In this document: positions 23,653 through 35,090 of the stretch, one piece after another
Layout of the letters: each line of letters opens with the position of its first letter
Numbering within the stretch: the first letter of the stretch is position 1
Source of the DNA: Octopus bimaculoides
Lineage: Eukaryota
Assembly: GCF_001194135.2 (NCBI RefSeq)
Contig: NC_068982.1
Span: 76,321,769 to 76,361,147 of the forward strand
DNA: 39,379 nt
Direction of reading: 5' to 3'
Translations under genes and position numbers: made by a program
The notes under the pieces: generated by a model
Databases searched by the model: none
Seen by the model: the letters and a program-made list of their open reading frames with translations, nothing else
Told to the model about the DNA's origin: nothing

Positions 23653-24053
23653 CTCTTAGCACAGAAGCTCACTAATCTCTTTCAGCAACACGAAGTTGAT
23701 CTCCAGGAGCTCAAGGGTGCTTCTAATATCCATCCCTAAAAGAGAAAGAGAAACAAGCAGTCCTGCGACAACCACGGAAAAAACATCGCCGGAAAAATAT
23801 TCGCAAGAGTCCTGCTTCACCGCCTCACACATCAATCACATGGCAAACGGACATCTGCCAGAGTCCATGTGACTTCAGAAAGGGCCGTGGGACAGTCGAC
23901 ATGCATCCCAACTTCAGAAGTGTCAGGAACAAAACATGGTCTCATATACGGCGTTTGCAGAGCTAACAACTGACGGTGTGAGAGTCCAAGGCCTTCCACA
24001 CCGCCAGTCGTTAAGAACTTTGGAAGATCATGGGAAAATTCGGCTACCCGGAC
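23653..24053 (+). mobile_element. RTE-clade LINE RT N-terminal portion, inverted relative to the adjacent 3' portion
   Basis: LAQKLTNLFQ..QELKGAS.IH.*KRKRNKQSCDNH..IAGKIFARVLL.RL..LPES..FRKGRGTVDM..QKCQEQN..WKIMGKFGYP, with small indels. Confidence 0.85.
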
Positions 24054-24249
24054 ATGCATACATGTATACCTGATGTATGTATTAGAGTATATTTAAGTTG
24101 TGTTGGTATATGGATTACGTTTAATTCAACAATGAAATAAATGCTACGGTTTCGATCATAACTGCGCTCACCATCATTTCTAGAGCAAATACTAACAAGT
24201 ATTTGAAACACGCAATATATAGTATCATATCCACCTCATCATTGGTTTC

Positions 24250-24280
<31 letters not shown>

Positions 24281-24293
24281 TCTATTCTATTCT

Positions 24294-24341
<48 letters not shown>

Positions 24342-24429
24342 TATATGTATATATATATATATATATGCATACATACATACAGATATATGTATATATATAT
24401 ATATGTGTATGTGTATGTGTGTGTGTGTG

Positions 24430-24469
<40 letters not shown>

Positions 24470-24485
24470 ACACATACATACATAC
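24250..24485. repeat. Compound (CTAT)/(TA)/(TG) microsatellite
   Basis: Direct reading; explains the YIYIY/HTHT ORFs. Confidence 0.95.
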
Positions 24486-25169
24486 AAATTAATTTTGTTT
24501 TTTAATGTTGGCTCCATAATTAATTCCCATGTGTGATTCGTTACCGTTTCCAATACACCCAACTGAAATTAATTCACTATTCTTGTTATCAAATCTTTGG
24601 CACATAATTGTTTTGGTTTGGATTATTTAGAAATCATTATTTATTGGTTCCCTTGTGCTTTTGATTTCGTTTACTAGTTTACTCTGTTGATAAACATGCG
24701 ATGTTCAGTAGTTGTCTGTCGAGAGTGCATACACACACACACTCACACATACACATATATAACACACACTTACAAACACGTACACATACACACATTCACA
24801 CAAATATGTACACGTATACATAAAATGTGCGCAAACATATACATGTATAATACAGAAACCTATATATATAATGGCAGATGCACCAAAACCATTTGCCATC
24901 TGTGAATATAAACATGGTCACAAACATGTAGATAAACAAACGATGACAAATACCAGATATAGATATAAATTTTTAATGGTGAATCTCCGCAATTCGACGA
25001 TGTGGATTCAGTTTGATCTATCCAGTTAGCTGTTCCTGAGTTTAACATGCAAGTGACTTAGCATTCCATAGAACGTGTACTCTTACAGTAATTTCCAGGC
25101 AGAATCAGTGCGACACAGTGTGGGACAAGACTGTATCCTTTTTTAAAAATTATGGATACAATCCATCCG

Positions 25170-25480
25170 ACAAGCTTCCATACAGTTTCCCCTCTACAGA
25201 ATCTCACCCACAAAGTATGCATTGGCCTATGGATATAGAAAATGACATTTTCCCAAGATGCCGCACAGTAGGATCGAACCGGGGACCTCGTGGTTGTGAA
25301 GCAGAGTTCTTAACATACACATACGGTAGCTTCTACACAGTTTCTGTCTACAATATTCACTCACATGACAGTAGAAGGCCCGGAGCTATAGAAGATCAAG
25401 TTGCCGTGTAGTGGGAATGAACTCGAAACCACGCGGTTGCAAAATACACTTCTGAACTACACAGCGCTAATTGCGCCCAG
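25170..25480 (-). mobile_element. Two tandem 5' halves of SINE family B
   Basis: cccaagatgccgcacagtaggatcgaaccggggacc.. and ..gccgtgtagtgggaatgaactcgaaaccacgcggttgc. Confidence 0.6.
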
Positions 25481-25728
25481 AGCATAACTGAAGAAAAAAA
25501 GAGACATAAATAGAACCGTAAATATAGGAATGAATAAAAGACATCCGTGAATAAATGAGGAGGCTTTGATCTTTGATTTACTCTTGACCAAGGGTCACTT
25601 GAGTTCAAAGAGCAACAACAACAATAACAACGGCAACGAACATCACACATCACATGTGAATATACGTACGTGAAGAAACATAAATACAATAAAATGCTTA
25701 CTTTTATACTATATTTAGCGGAACGTAA

Positions 25729-25790
<62 letters not shown>

Positions 25791-26149
25791 GAATAGAGTA
25801 CGCATTTATGTTTCCACCCTGCGTTCACAATTACATGCCTGAGTATATATACCTGCATTAGTTATACATACATTAATAAAAAAAAAAGAAATAACTCGCG
25901 TACTCCCACACATAACTCAATTCGAAAGCAGCTGCAATAAGAAAATAACAACAACAATAATAATAATATACAAAGAAACACAGAAACTCTCGAAATACAA
26001 AAAAAATCTGGAAATAGAGCTAACCTGAATATGGAGCCTGAAAACAGAAATAATCCCTATTAATAATAGGTACATTTAGGTATGATCAAAAAACATATGC
26101 ATTACCAAAACTCCATGACTTACGAATATATAATTTTTTATTCTTTTAC

Positions 26150-26581
26150 TAGCTAGAGGCAATGGCCTCTTGGAGCTAATCAACGGCAGCATTCGTCCTA
26201 TTTTTCTGGACTGCCATGTTAGCTTGGTGATAACTATTAATATCCAGTACCGCTGCCGTAGTCTCCTTTAGAGAGACTTAGAAATATTAATATTTCTATT
26301 TTTGAAAACCAGTGGATGTATTCCACTGAATTTAGGTAAATAATCCTTCGAACAGACGGTCAGTAGCGACACCTGCTCGGTTCGGCTGCTCTACACTGAT
26401 AAAGGGCAAATACCCTGAAACTAGTCTGTAGATGCCAGACCAGCAAGGGGAAGCGGCTGACCTCCCCTGTTCGAAGGTTATAATGGACACAGGTTCGTGT
26501 GTCACATAGCTAGCTAATCAACAGCAGCATTCGTCCATTTTTTCTGGACTGCCAAGTTAGCTTGGCTATAACTATTAATAT
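26150..26581 (+). mobile_element. Retrozyme-like or Penelope pseudo-LTR unit: about 1.2 head-to-tail copies of a ~340-bp repeat
   Basis: 70-bp direct repeat 26174-26243 / 26512-26581 (64/70 identical, period 338 bp) enclosing a hammerhead motif. The second copy is truncated at (TA)n. Confidence 0.7.
26390..26432 (+). ncRNA. Minimal type I hammerhead ribozyme (core variant CUGAUAA)
   Basis: tctaca-CTGATAA-aggg(caaata)ccct-GAAA-ctag-TC-tgtaga. Perfect 6-bp stem I, 4-bp stem II, palindromic ACTAGT stem III, GUC site with cleavage predicted after 26426. Position 8 is A instead of G. Confidence 0.8.
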
Positions 26582-26599
26582 ATATATATATATATATAT

Positions 26600-26760
26600 T
26601 CGACGGGGTTATTCCAGTTTCCGTCCGTCCACCTAATCCACTCACAAGACTTTGGTTGGTCCGAGGCTATAGAAGAAGTCATTTGCCCAAGGTCCCAGGC
26701 AGTGAGACTGAACCAGGAACCATGTAGGTGGGAAGCAAGCTTCTTACCACACAACCGCAC
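26600..26760 (-). mobile_element. SINE family B, 5' half
   Basis: gaagtcatttgcccaaggtccc..ggaaccatgtaggtgggaagcaagcttcttaccacac. Confidence 0.8.
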
Positions 26761-26944
26761 GCGCGCACACACACACACACACACACATAACATGACAGGA
26801 AATAGCACTGCTAGACACTAAACTCATTCTTACGTAAAGCAGAATAAAAATAATAATACCAAAACAAGCCACAGGACATATACAAGGCACACAGAGCAGT
26901 GATCTATAGTGCAGTGATAAAATTAGTGCCACTGAATAACAACA

Positions 26945-27382
26945 ATGGTTTTAAATGTTGGCAAAAGGTCAGCAGGTTTGGGGTGAGGAGCTGAGTCGAT
27001 TAAATTAATCCCAGTGTTCAACTGGTACTTATTTTATTGATCCCAAAAGGCAATATTGACCCCGGCATAATTTGAATGTAAAGTCGGACGAAATGCCGCT
27101 AAGCAATTCGCCAGGCTTGCTAACGATTCTGCCTGCTCACTGCCTTCGACTAAATAATAATAATAATAATCTTTTCTACTATCGGCGCAAGTTCTGAAAT
27201 TTTGGGAGCGAGGGTAAGTCGATTACATCGACCCCAGTGTTCAACTGGTACTTATTTTATCGACTTCGAAAGGATGAAAGGCAAAGTCGACTTCGATAAA
27301 ATTTCAACTCAGAATGTAAAGATGGACGAAATGCCGCTAAGCAATTTGCCCGGTGTGCTAACGATTCTGCCAACTTGCCGCC
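26945..27382 (-). mobile_element. Two head-to-tail SINE family A copies separated by (AAT)n
   Basis: Copies at about 26945-27150 and 27170-27382; (AAT)n at 27152-27169 and 27383-27421. Confidence 0.85.
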
Positions 27383-27421
27383 TAATAATAATAATAATAA
27401 TAATTATAATAATAATAATAA

Positions 27422-27654
27422 TTCATTGATGTAGCCGTACCAAATGACATGAATGTTGTAAGTAAAGAGGTTGAAAAAATCACCAAGTACTCCGAACTGA
27501 AAGTGGAAATGGCAAGACTGTATGGAATACGAGAGGGTAATGTACAAGTGATACCAGTGGTGATCGGAGCGTTGGGCTCAATCCCATTGAAACTTCAAGA
27601 CTTCTTAAGGCAACTGGAAATTCCATGCAAGATTGATGTCTTGTAAAAAGCAGC
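27422..27654 (+). mobile_element. 5'-truncated R4/Dong-like RLE C-terminal fragment starting at (AAT)n
   Basis: IDVAVPNDMNVVSKEVEKITKYSEL..VIPVVIGALGSIP..L..L.I...; runs into the gap. Confidence 0.85.
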
Positions 27655-28433
27655 NNNNNNNNNNNNNNNNNNNNNNNNNNNNNNNNNNNNNNNNNNNNNN
27701 NNNNNNNNNNNNNNNNNNNNNNNNNNNNNNNNNNNNNNNNNNNNNNNNNNNNNNNNNNNNNNNNNNNNNNNNNNNNNNNNNNNNNNNNNNNNNNNNNNNN
27801 NNNNNNNNNNNNNNNNNNNNNNNNNNNNNNNNNNNNNNNNNNNNNNNNNNNNNNNNNNNNNNNNNNNNNNNNNNNNNNNNNNNNNNNNNNNNNNNNNNNN
27901 NNNNNNNNNNNNNNNNNNNNNNNNNNNNNNNNNNNNNNNNNNNNNNNNNNNNNNNNNNNNNNNNNNNNNNNNNNNNNNNNNNNNNNNNNNNNNNNNNNNN
28001 NNNNNNNNNNNNNNNNNNNNNNNNNNNNNNNNNNNNNNNNNNNNNNNNNNNNNNNNNNNNNNNNNNNNNNNNNNNNNNNNNNNNNNNNNNNNNNNNNNNN
28101 NNNNNNNNNNNNNNNNNNNNNNNNNNNNNNNNNNNNNNNNNNNNNNNNNNNNNNNNNNNNNNNNNNNNNNNNNNNNNNNNNNNNNNNNNNNNNNNNNNNN
28201 NNNNNNNNNNNNNNNNNNNNNNNNNNNNNNNNNNNNNNNNNNNNNNNNNNNNNNNNNNNNNNNNNNNNNNNNNNNNNNNNNNNNNNNNNNNNNNNNNNNN
28301 NNNNNNNNNNNNNNNNNNNNNNNNNNNNNNNNNNNNNNNNNNNNNNNNNNNNNNNNNNNNNNNNNNNNNNNNNNNNNNNNNNNNNNNNNNNNNNNNNNNN
28401 NNNNNNNNNNNNNNNNNNNNNNNNNNNNNNNNN

Positions 28434-28725
28434 CTGGAAATAGAGATAACTCGAATGTGGAATCTAAAAACAGAAACAATTCCTATCATAGTAGGTGCCT
28501 TAGGTATAATAAAAAAATATTCAGACAAATACATAACAAAAACACCAGGACTTACAAATATATATAACATACAGAAAATTGCACTACTGAGTACTGCACA
28601 CATTCTACGCAAAACACTTTCAATACAGTAAACATAAGAGCACCACAGCAAACCACAGCACATACCCAAGGCGCACAGAGCTGCGCTCGGTAGTGAAGTG
28701 AAAGCACGTTATAAAAATAAAACTA

Positions 28726-28728
<3 letters not shown>
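28434..28728 (+). mobile_element. R4/Dong-like element 3' end (family B) with (AAT)n tail
   Basis: LEIEITRMWNLKTETIPIIVGALG..IQKIALLSTAHILRKTLSIQ*, short 3' UTR, then (AAT)n 28729-28756. Confidence 0.9.
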
Positions 28729-28757
<29 letters not shown>

Positions 28758-29115
28758 ACACTTATAACAAGAAAATCAAGTGATAATTCCCTGTTCTCAA
28801 CGTAAATTGTTGAATCTGCTGAGTAGCAGCACTTTTGACAATTCAGTTGAAGATAACTGAAAGTGAGGCATGCTGAAAGCTTCCGGTCTTTCCGCTCTTC
28901 CGGTCTGTTGATTCTTAACAGATAAATTCGATTGGATTGGGCCTGTTCGTTGTGATGTTAGCTATTGCATTAGTTTGGTCGTACACGCACACATGCGTGT
29001 AGTCATTATAGCGAACATAGGAGATGTACTGGTGAACAAACAGAACAACAACTACACAACAGGTGAGAAACGGTGCTGTATTGATTAACAACAACAGCAA
29101 TAACAGCGACTCTGT

Positions 29116-29154
<39 letters not shown>

Positions 29155-30119
29155 TGTGTGTGAATATATGTATATAAACAGATAGACAGACAGACAGGCA
29201 GATAGACAAACAGACATACAGATATGCAGCAACTGCTCAGACGATTAAAATGTTAAAAAATGTTACGTTGAAATATTTTAAAACTAAGTGCAAGTTGAGA
29301 AAATAACGGCATCAACCACTGGAGTCACAATAACTTCAGTAGCAATTACCACCATCATCATCATCACCATCATCGTTGTTATTGTTGTTGCTGTTGTTGT
29401 TTGTTATTTTACTTAGCCAAATCTTTATAGTTAAAAGATATGATGTAATTAAGTGAAATGAAATATACCGGAAACCTAAACTGGTTGCAATCTGGTCTCG
29501 AGAACGGATAATACTATGGTGTCTTCAAATAATTATTGATTTCATTTGATTAAATACATTTCTAATCATTGTTGGTTAGGTATCACAGTCAAATAAACCG
29601 ACTCCATATTATTGATACAATTTATTTTCTCGGACCCGGATGAATTTGAACTTAAAAAAGAAATCAGAGACTCCAAAGTTAATATCGATTGGTGCTTCTA
29701 CCGACTGTCTACCATGAAAAGACAGAAGAATGTCAAGGATGTTTTGCATGTAGTTTGTATCATATATCTATAAAGGTAAATACTGTGGGATTTAGTAATA
29801 TTGATGCATTTCCTCAAGAGAATTAATAGTGTCAGTGATATTGAAATACTCGGCTGAACACTTGGTTTCGTTTAGACTTAATTTCTGTTCCATAGATTTT
29901 TCAAATTAGTTTCTTTTGAGTTAACGAAAGGCAGTGATGCTGTGATGTTTATGTTTTCCCCAACAGTATTCATGGTATAAGAGAATCGGTTTGAACCATG
30001 TACTGGGTTTCTTCTTTTTTTTTATTTGCTCTTAATTCCTGCTTTGAACGACTCTCTATGGAAGCATTGGAAATCATAGCCAAGCATTTTCATTTTCTTA
30101 TTACTAGGAGCTATTAGTA

Positions 30120-30230
30120 CACACACACACGCACACATACACACACACACATACACACATACACACATACACACACACATACACACATACACACACACAC
30201 ACACACACAGAAACACACTCATACACACAC
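30120..30230. repeat. (CA)n/(CACATA)n microsatellite
   Basis: Direct reading. Confidence 0.9.
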
Positions 30231-30944
30231 TCGCTGTACACAAACATTTACATATACATGCACACACAATATTATAGATATATACACAAATTAATTGATT
30301 AGTATTTTCTTTAGACGATTCACAATCTGTTATCATAGTTTCAAAGTATTACGGCCTAAAGCCGTTCTAAACACAGAAAACAAGCGCCTGATTTAACACA
30401 GTTAACCTTTGGTAGTTGTAGAAATTGCTTGGCTTCCGAATTAACAAAAAAAGAAAACAACAATAATATAATAATCCAAAAACACAGATAAAAATAAATA
30501 TTAAGATATACACACTATCTGAAGTCAAGCGTGTTACCACATCATTTTTAATAATTATGGTTTTGGATTAATTTTTTTGCTAATTTTTTTTACTCTCCTT
30601 CATTCATCTCGTTACCAAGTAATAATATTTCTATATGAGGTTGTGTTTTTAGGAATATGAAGATTAAGGGCCCACTGAACGGGTTTACTCTTAGCATGTT
30701 GTGCCTGAAGGTCGGAGGTTACATCTAGGGTGAGGAGCCCTTGTTGATAGAGAGGGTAATCCATGGAAGCCTGAGTTTTACACCAACAAGCCGCACCAAT
30801 AACAAAAGCAACCACACGAAAACACACAAGAAACCACAAGAAAACACATAGCAACAATAGTAAAACATCGGAAGCAAGAGCAAGAATAGCAGCAACAACA
30901 TACAGAGGACTCCGTCGATTAATGTTGACCATCTGCACATGTAT

Positions 30945-31125
30945 TCTTTTATTCTTTTACTTGTTTCAGTAATTTGACTGCGGCCATGCTGGAGCACCAC
31001 CTTTAATCGAGCAAATCGACCCCAGAACTTATTGTTTGTAAGCCTAGTACTTATTTTACCTGTTACTTTTGCCGAACCGCTAAGTGACAGGGACGTAAAC
31101 ATAGTAACATCGGTTGTCAATACAG

Positions 31126-31192
<67 letters not shown>

Positions 31193-31363
31193 TACGACAG
31201 TGTATATTCAGTCAGTTTCAATTTACCAAATCCACTGACAAGGCTTTGGTCGGCCCGAGGCTATAGTAGAAGACACTTGCCCAAGGTACCGCGCAGTGAG
31301 ACTGACCCCGGAACCATGCGGTTGGTAAGCAAGCTTCTTACCACACAGCCAATCCTGCGCCTA
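30945..31363 (-). mobile_element. Full-length SINE family B with internal (TA)(TG) microsatellite
   Basis: Head aggcgcaggattggctgtgtggtaagaagcttgcttacc, CORE-like ggtaccttgggcaagtgtctt, tail atggccgcagtcaaattactgaaacaagtaaaagaataaaaga. Confidence 0.92.
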
Positions 31364-31439
31364 TGCGTAAGTTTGGGCAAAAACTTTTAATCAAGTCAAG
31401 TAAATGCCCACATATCTAAATCTCTCTTTCCTCACACAA

Positions 31440-31660
31440 CCGATATGTATCTAAGGGAAAAACTGATGACTTGGCCCGACACTAGAAGAGCGCTACAAGA
31501 CTCAATTATGTGCAAAGCCTGATACACATGTGGCAGACTAAAAAGCTCGTCCAGAGATGAATGTATAAGCTGTTGACCGTCGTCGACCTCTTGGAGTAAA
31601 CGGTTAGGAAAATGTGAAAGTATCAGTGCGTGGCAGTTAAGTGGGAGTAGACAGGACCAC
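31440..31660 (+). mobile_element. Possible highly degenerate RTE-type LINE 3' coding fragment
   Basis: With frameshifts reads KL....H.RR..L.D.IM..LI.G.R...RP, loosely like the RTE C-terminus. Confidence 0.25.
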
Positions 31661-32385
31661 ATACACTTAGATAGAGAAATGTCTGAAAGGATAATATTCT
31701 CAATTTCTTCCACAAGAACCATCCAGGTGTTGATTCTGTTCTGCTTAATTCTTCATTGAAGGCTGCTACCATATATTTATACTTGCTGGTTAGGTTTACC
31801 AGCCAATCCCACGTTTCCTTTACAAGTTTTAGCAGTTTGCTTTTTTTTATGCGGTGATGAATTCTTCAGCAGCTATAGTGGGTCGCGTTGTTATATTTTC
31901 TCGTTTCTTTTCTGATCCATTGTGTTTTTCGATGCGCTCAATCCTTGTGTTCCATCACTCCTTCTCAGTATTCTTGAATTTCCATTCAAGTTGGTGTATT
32001 TACCAAAATTATGTTTCTTTTCATGTTCCTGTAGAATATTTTCTTTTGATTCAGATGCCTTATTCTTTTGAAAGAAACGTTCATGTCTTTCGAAGCCTCT
32101 AATCATACATATTTATCGTAATATGAGATATATTTAAGCTTTCATTTGCTTTCAGAGAGAATTTCTTTTATTGATTTACATGTTTTGTTATTTGAATAAT
32201 TCCTTAAGTTAGATCCCTCTTTTTAAATTTCACCAAGGAGATATAGGGCTTCCTATTTTCTCTCTTATTATTTCAGTTCTATGTAAAACACACTCCATAT
32301 ATAGATAATTACACACACACAAATGTATGTATGTATGTAAGTATGTATGTATGTATGTATGTATGTATGTATGTATGTATGTATG

Positions 32386-32424
<39 letters not shown>

Positions 32425-33107
32425 TATATAGCAGAAGTTTACTTATATGCATCAAAAAGGTATCGTTCATATCCTTATTTCTTTTATCATGCTTTTTACT
32501 GTATTTTAGTAAAGAGTTCATCCGAAACGTCACTCAACTTCATTTCCTTTCCTTTTATCGTACACAACTCTGTGCACAACTTTTATTGTTATTTTTATGT
32601 CTGTGTATGCATGTTTTTACATCTTGTCTATCACTCACCGAATTTTAGTCTACCTGTTGTCCATCTCCCCATCTCTTATTCTCCTCATACTATTTGTGAT
32701 ATGTCAAACACGCGCGCACGTGCACGTACACACACATACACACGTATATATATCATTTGAGGATATGTTAACCTCGTGAAGGGATGGTTGCATCCAAAGA
32801 AATAATGGTTCAATACCTAGTATTGTTGGGGAATGAAATTCTCTTAAAACAATAGGTATATTTTGAGCGTATAGTTTATATCCAGTTAAAAGAAGAAATG
32901 AAAATGGATATAAGGAAGTCAAAAATTATTTATAATTGATAAATTGATCATCTTCGCTTCTTGCAGCCGTTTTAATTAATACTCAGTAATTTGATTACAA
33001 ATTTTTACATTAAATTTGCATTCTTCTTTTAACTATATATTCGCCATGCTTGACCGCTAAATCTACAAGATTTTTTTTTCATTCTCTCTGTTTATTTTCT
33101 CTTATTC

Positions 33108-33143
33108 CTTTCTGTTGAAGAGCGTAGGCTCAACACGTAAAAG
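33108..33143 (+). ncRNA. Degenerate minimal hammerhead motif in a probable Penelope-type terminal repeat
   Basis: cttt-CTGTTGA-a-gagc(gtag)gctc-AACA-cg-TA-aaag. Stems I and II are perfect and the ACGT palindrome is present, but the core is altered (A6>U, GAAA>AACA). Confidence 0.45.
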
Positions 33144-33232
33144 ACATTTTCATTTTCCCGAGCGTTAAACTAATACACCTACTTATTTTTCATACACTTG
33201 TCTTCGTCTTTTGTTCTTCTATAAATTTCAAC

Positions 33233-33284
<52 letters not shown>

Positions 33285-33291
33285 TATATAT

Positions 33292-33339
33292 ACTTCATAC
33301 TACACAGATATATATATATATATCTGTGTAGTATGAAGT
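33292..33339. repeat. Perfect 48-bp palindrome with (AT)8 centre
   Basis: acttcatactacacag-(at)8-ctgtgtagtatgaagt; the arms are exact reverse complements. Confidence 0.95.
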
Positions 33340-33611
33340 TCAACAAGTATAGCACTCGATCAATTAGGAGAGTAATTTTATTATGATAAGAAACGACAAA
33401 GTCTTGTGAAATGCAGCTACCCAGGATTTCCTGGTTGTAATATTAATTTATCTTGTTATTTATTAATCTGATAAAACCAAAACCAAAACTTATAATAACA
33501 GGTCAAAACACATATTCCGGACGTTGACTTCTTTCATCTTTAGATATGTTTTTGCGTAGCTTCAACAGGATACAGTATATATTGGATATAATGCTGATGT
33601 GTATTCGATGC

Positions 33612-34012
33612 ATAGGCGCAGGCGTGGTTGTGTGATTATAAGCTTGCTTCCCAACCACATGGTTCCAGCTTTAGTCTCACTGTATGGAACTTTGAGTAAA
33701 TGTCTTTTTCCATAGCCTCAGGCCGAACAAAGTGTCGTAGGTGAATTTGGTAGATAGAAACTGAAAGAAGCCCTTCGTATGTGTGTGTGTATGCGTGTTT
33801 ATGTCTGTGATTGTCCCCTACCACCGCTTGACAACCGGTGTTGGTGTGTTTACGCACCCGTAGGCAAAAGAAACCGACAGAATAAGAAGCAGTTTTAACA
33901 GAAAAAAAGGACTGGAGTCGATTCATTCGACTAAAAATTTCTTTAAGGCGATACCCCAGTATGGCCGCCGTCTAATGACCGAAACAAGAAAAATAGAAAA
34001 AAGATAAAAGAT
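33612..34012 (+). mobile_element. Full-length SINE family B
   Basis: aggcgcaggcgtggttgtgtg..ccaaccacatggttcc..internal TG tract..atggccgccgtctaatgaccgaaacaagaaaaataga. Confidence 0.88.
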
Positions 34013-34299
34013 ATATGTAACTTCAATATAGAGTTTCTTGGTCCAACATTGTCATTTTTTTAAACTCTAGAAGTAGAAGATGGTCATTTTTGTTATTTCT
34101 GAGTCAAATGTTACGCTACTCTCATATCGACATCATATTGTACTCTCGTTACAACTCGGCCGGTAACGTATTTGTTGTTTAATTTACTCATAGACGTAGC
34201 TGAAATAGCCTTGACTATTATTTTAAAGTTCATTTCGTTTATTTTCATTTTGTTTTGTAATCAGAAGTTCCTTTCATTATCTTACTATTTGGTGGGTGC

Positions 34300-34480
34300 T
34301 GGAAAAATACATTTTATCCCTTTACGTTCTGAGTTGAAATTCTGCCGAAGTCAACTTCGCATTTCATTCTTGCAAGGAAGTCGATCAAATAAAGTACCAA
34401 TCAAATGCTAGGGTCGATGGTGTCAACTAAGTCTCTCCCCTTAAAATTATCAACTTTGGGTCTAAACCAGAAGACATTAC
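34300..34480 (+). mobile_element. SINE family A, diverged copy
   Basis: ctttacgttctgagttgaaattctgccgaagtcaacttcgc..gtcgatcaaataaagtacc. Confidence 0.7.
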
Positions 34481-34867
34481 GGACACTTTCCTCTTTGGTT
34501 AATCACTCATCGATGTTTCAAAGTTCCTTTTAAAAAGGATGGTGAGGAGAAATAGGGAAGTGTTAGCCTCCCCATCCTCCAGTGAATTTCTTGATAGGTG
34601 GGTGAATGTAGTGAGGATAGCCGAATGAGCGGCCTACTCTGATCATGCGCCTTTAAAATGGAAAGAATGGATGGGAGCGAGATACATTTATGTGGTACTC
34701 TTGGTGGTTGGGGTGATTCAGAATAAGTGGGATTCCTTGCTTAACCCCATTATTGGGTAATTATGTTATCACTTTATTTTGTCAATTGTTACTATAATTG
34801 TTTATATGTGAATATGTAAGTCTCTGTCATTGTATTGCCCAAATGCTCTTTCGGCTCCGGTGGCCAA
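34480..34867 (+). mobile_element. Probable L1/Tx1-type LINE 3' end
   Basis: DTFLFG*SLIDVSKFLLKRMVR..REVL..EFLDRWVNVVRI resembles Tx1-like ORF2 C-termini as I recall them; followed by a T-rich UTR and (ATT)n. Confidence 0.4.
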
Positions 34868-35089
<222 letters not shown>

Positions 35090-35090
<1 letters not shown>

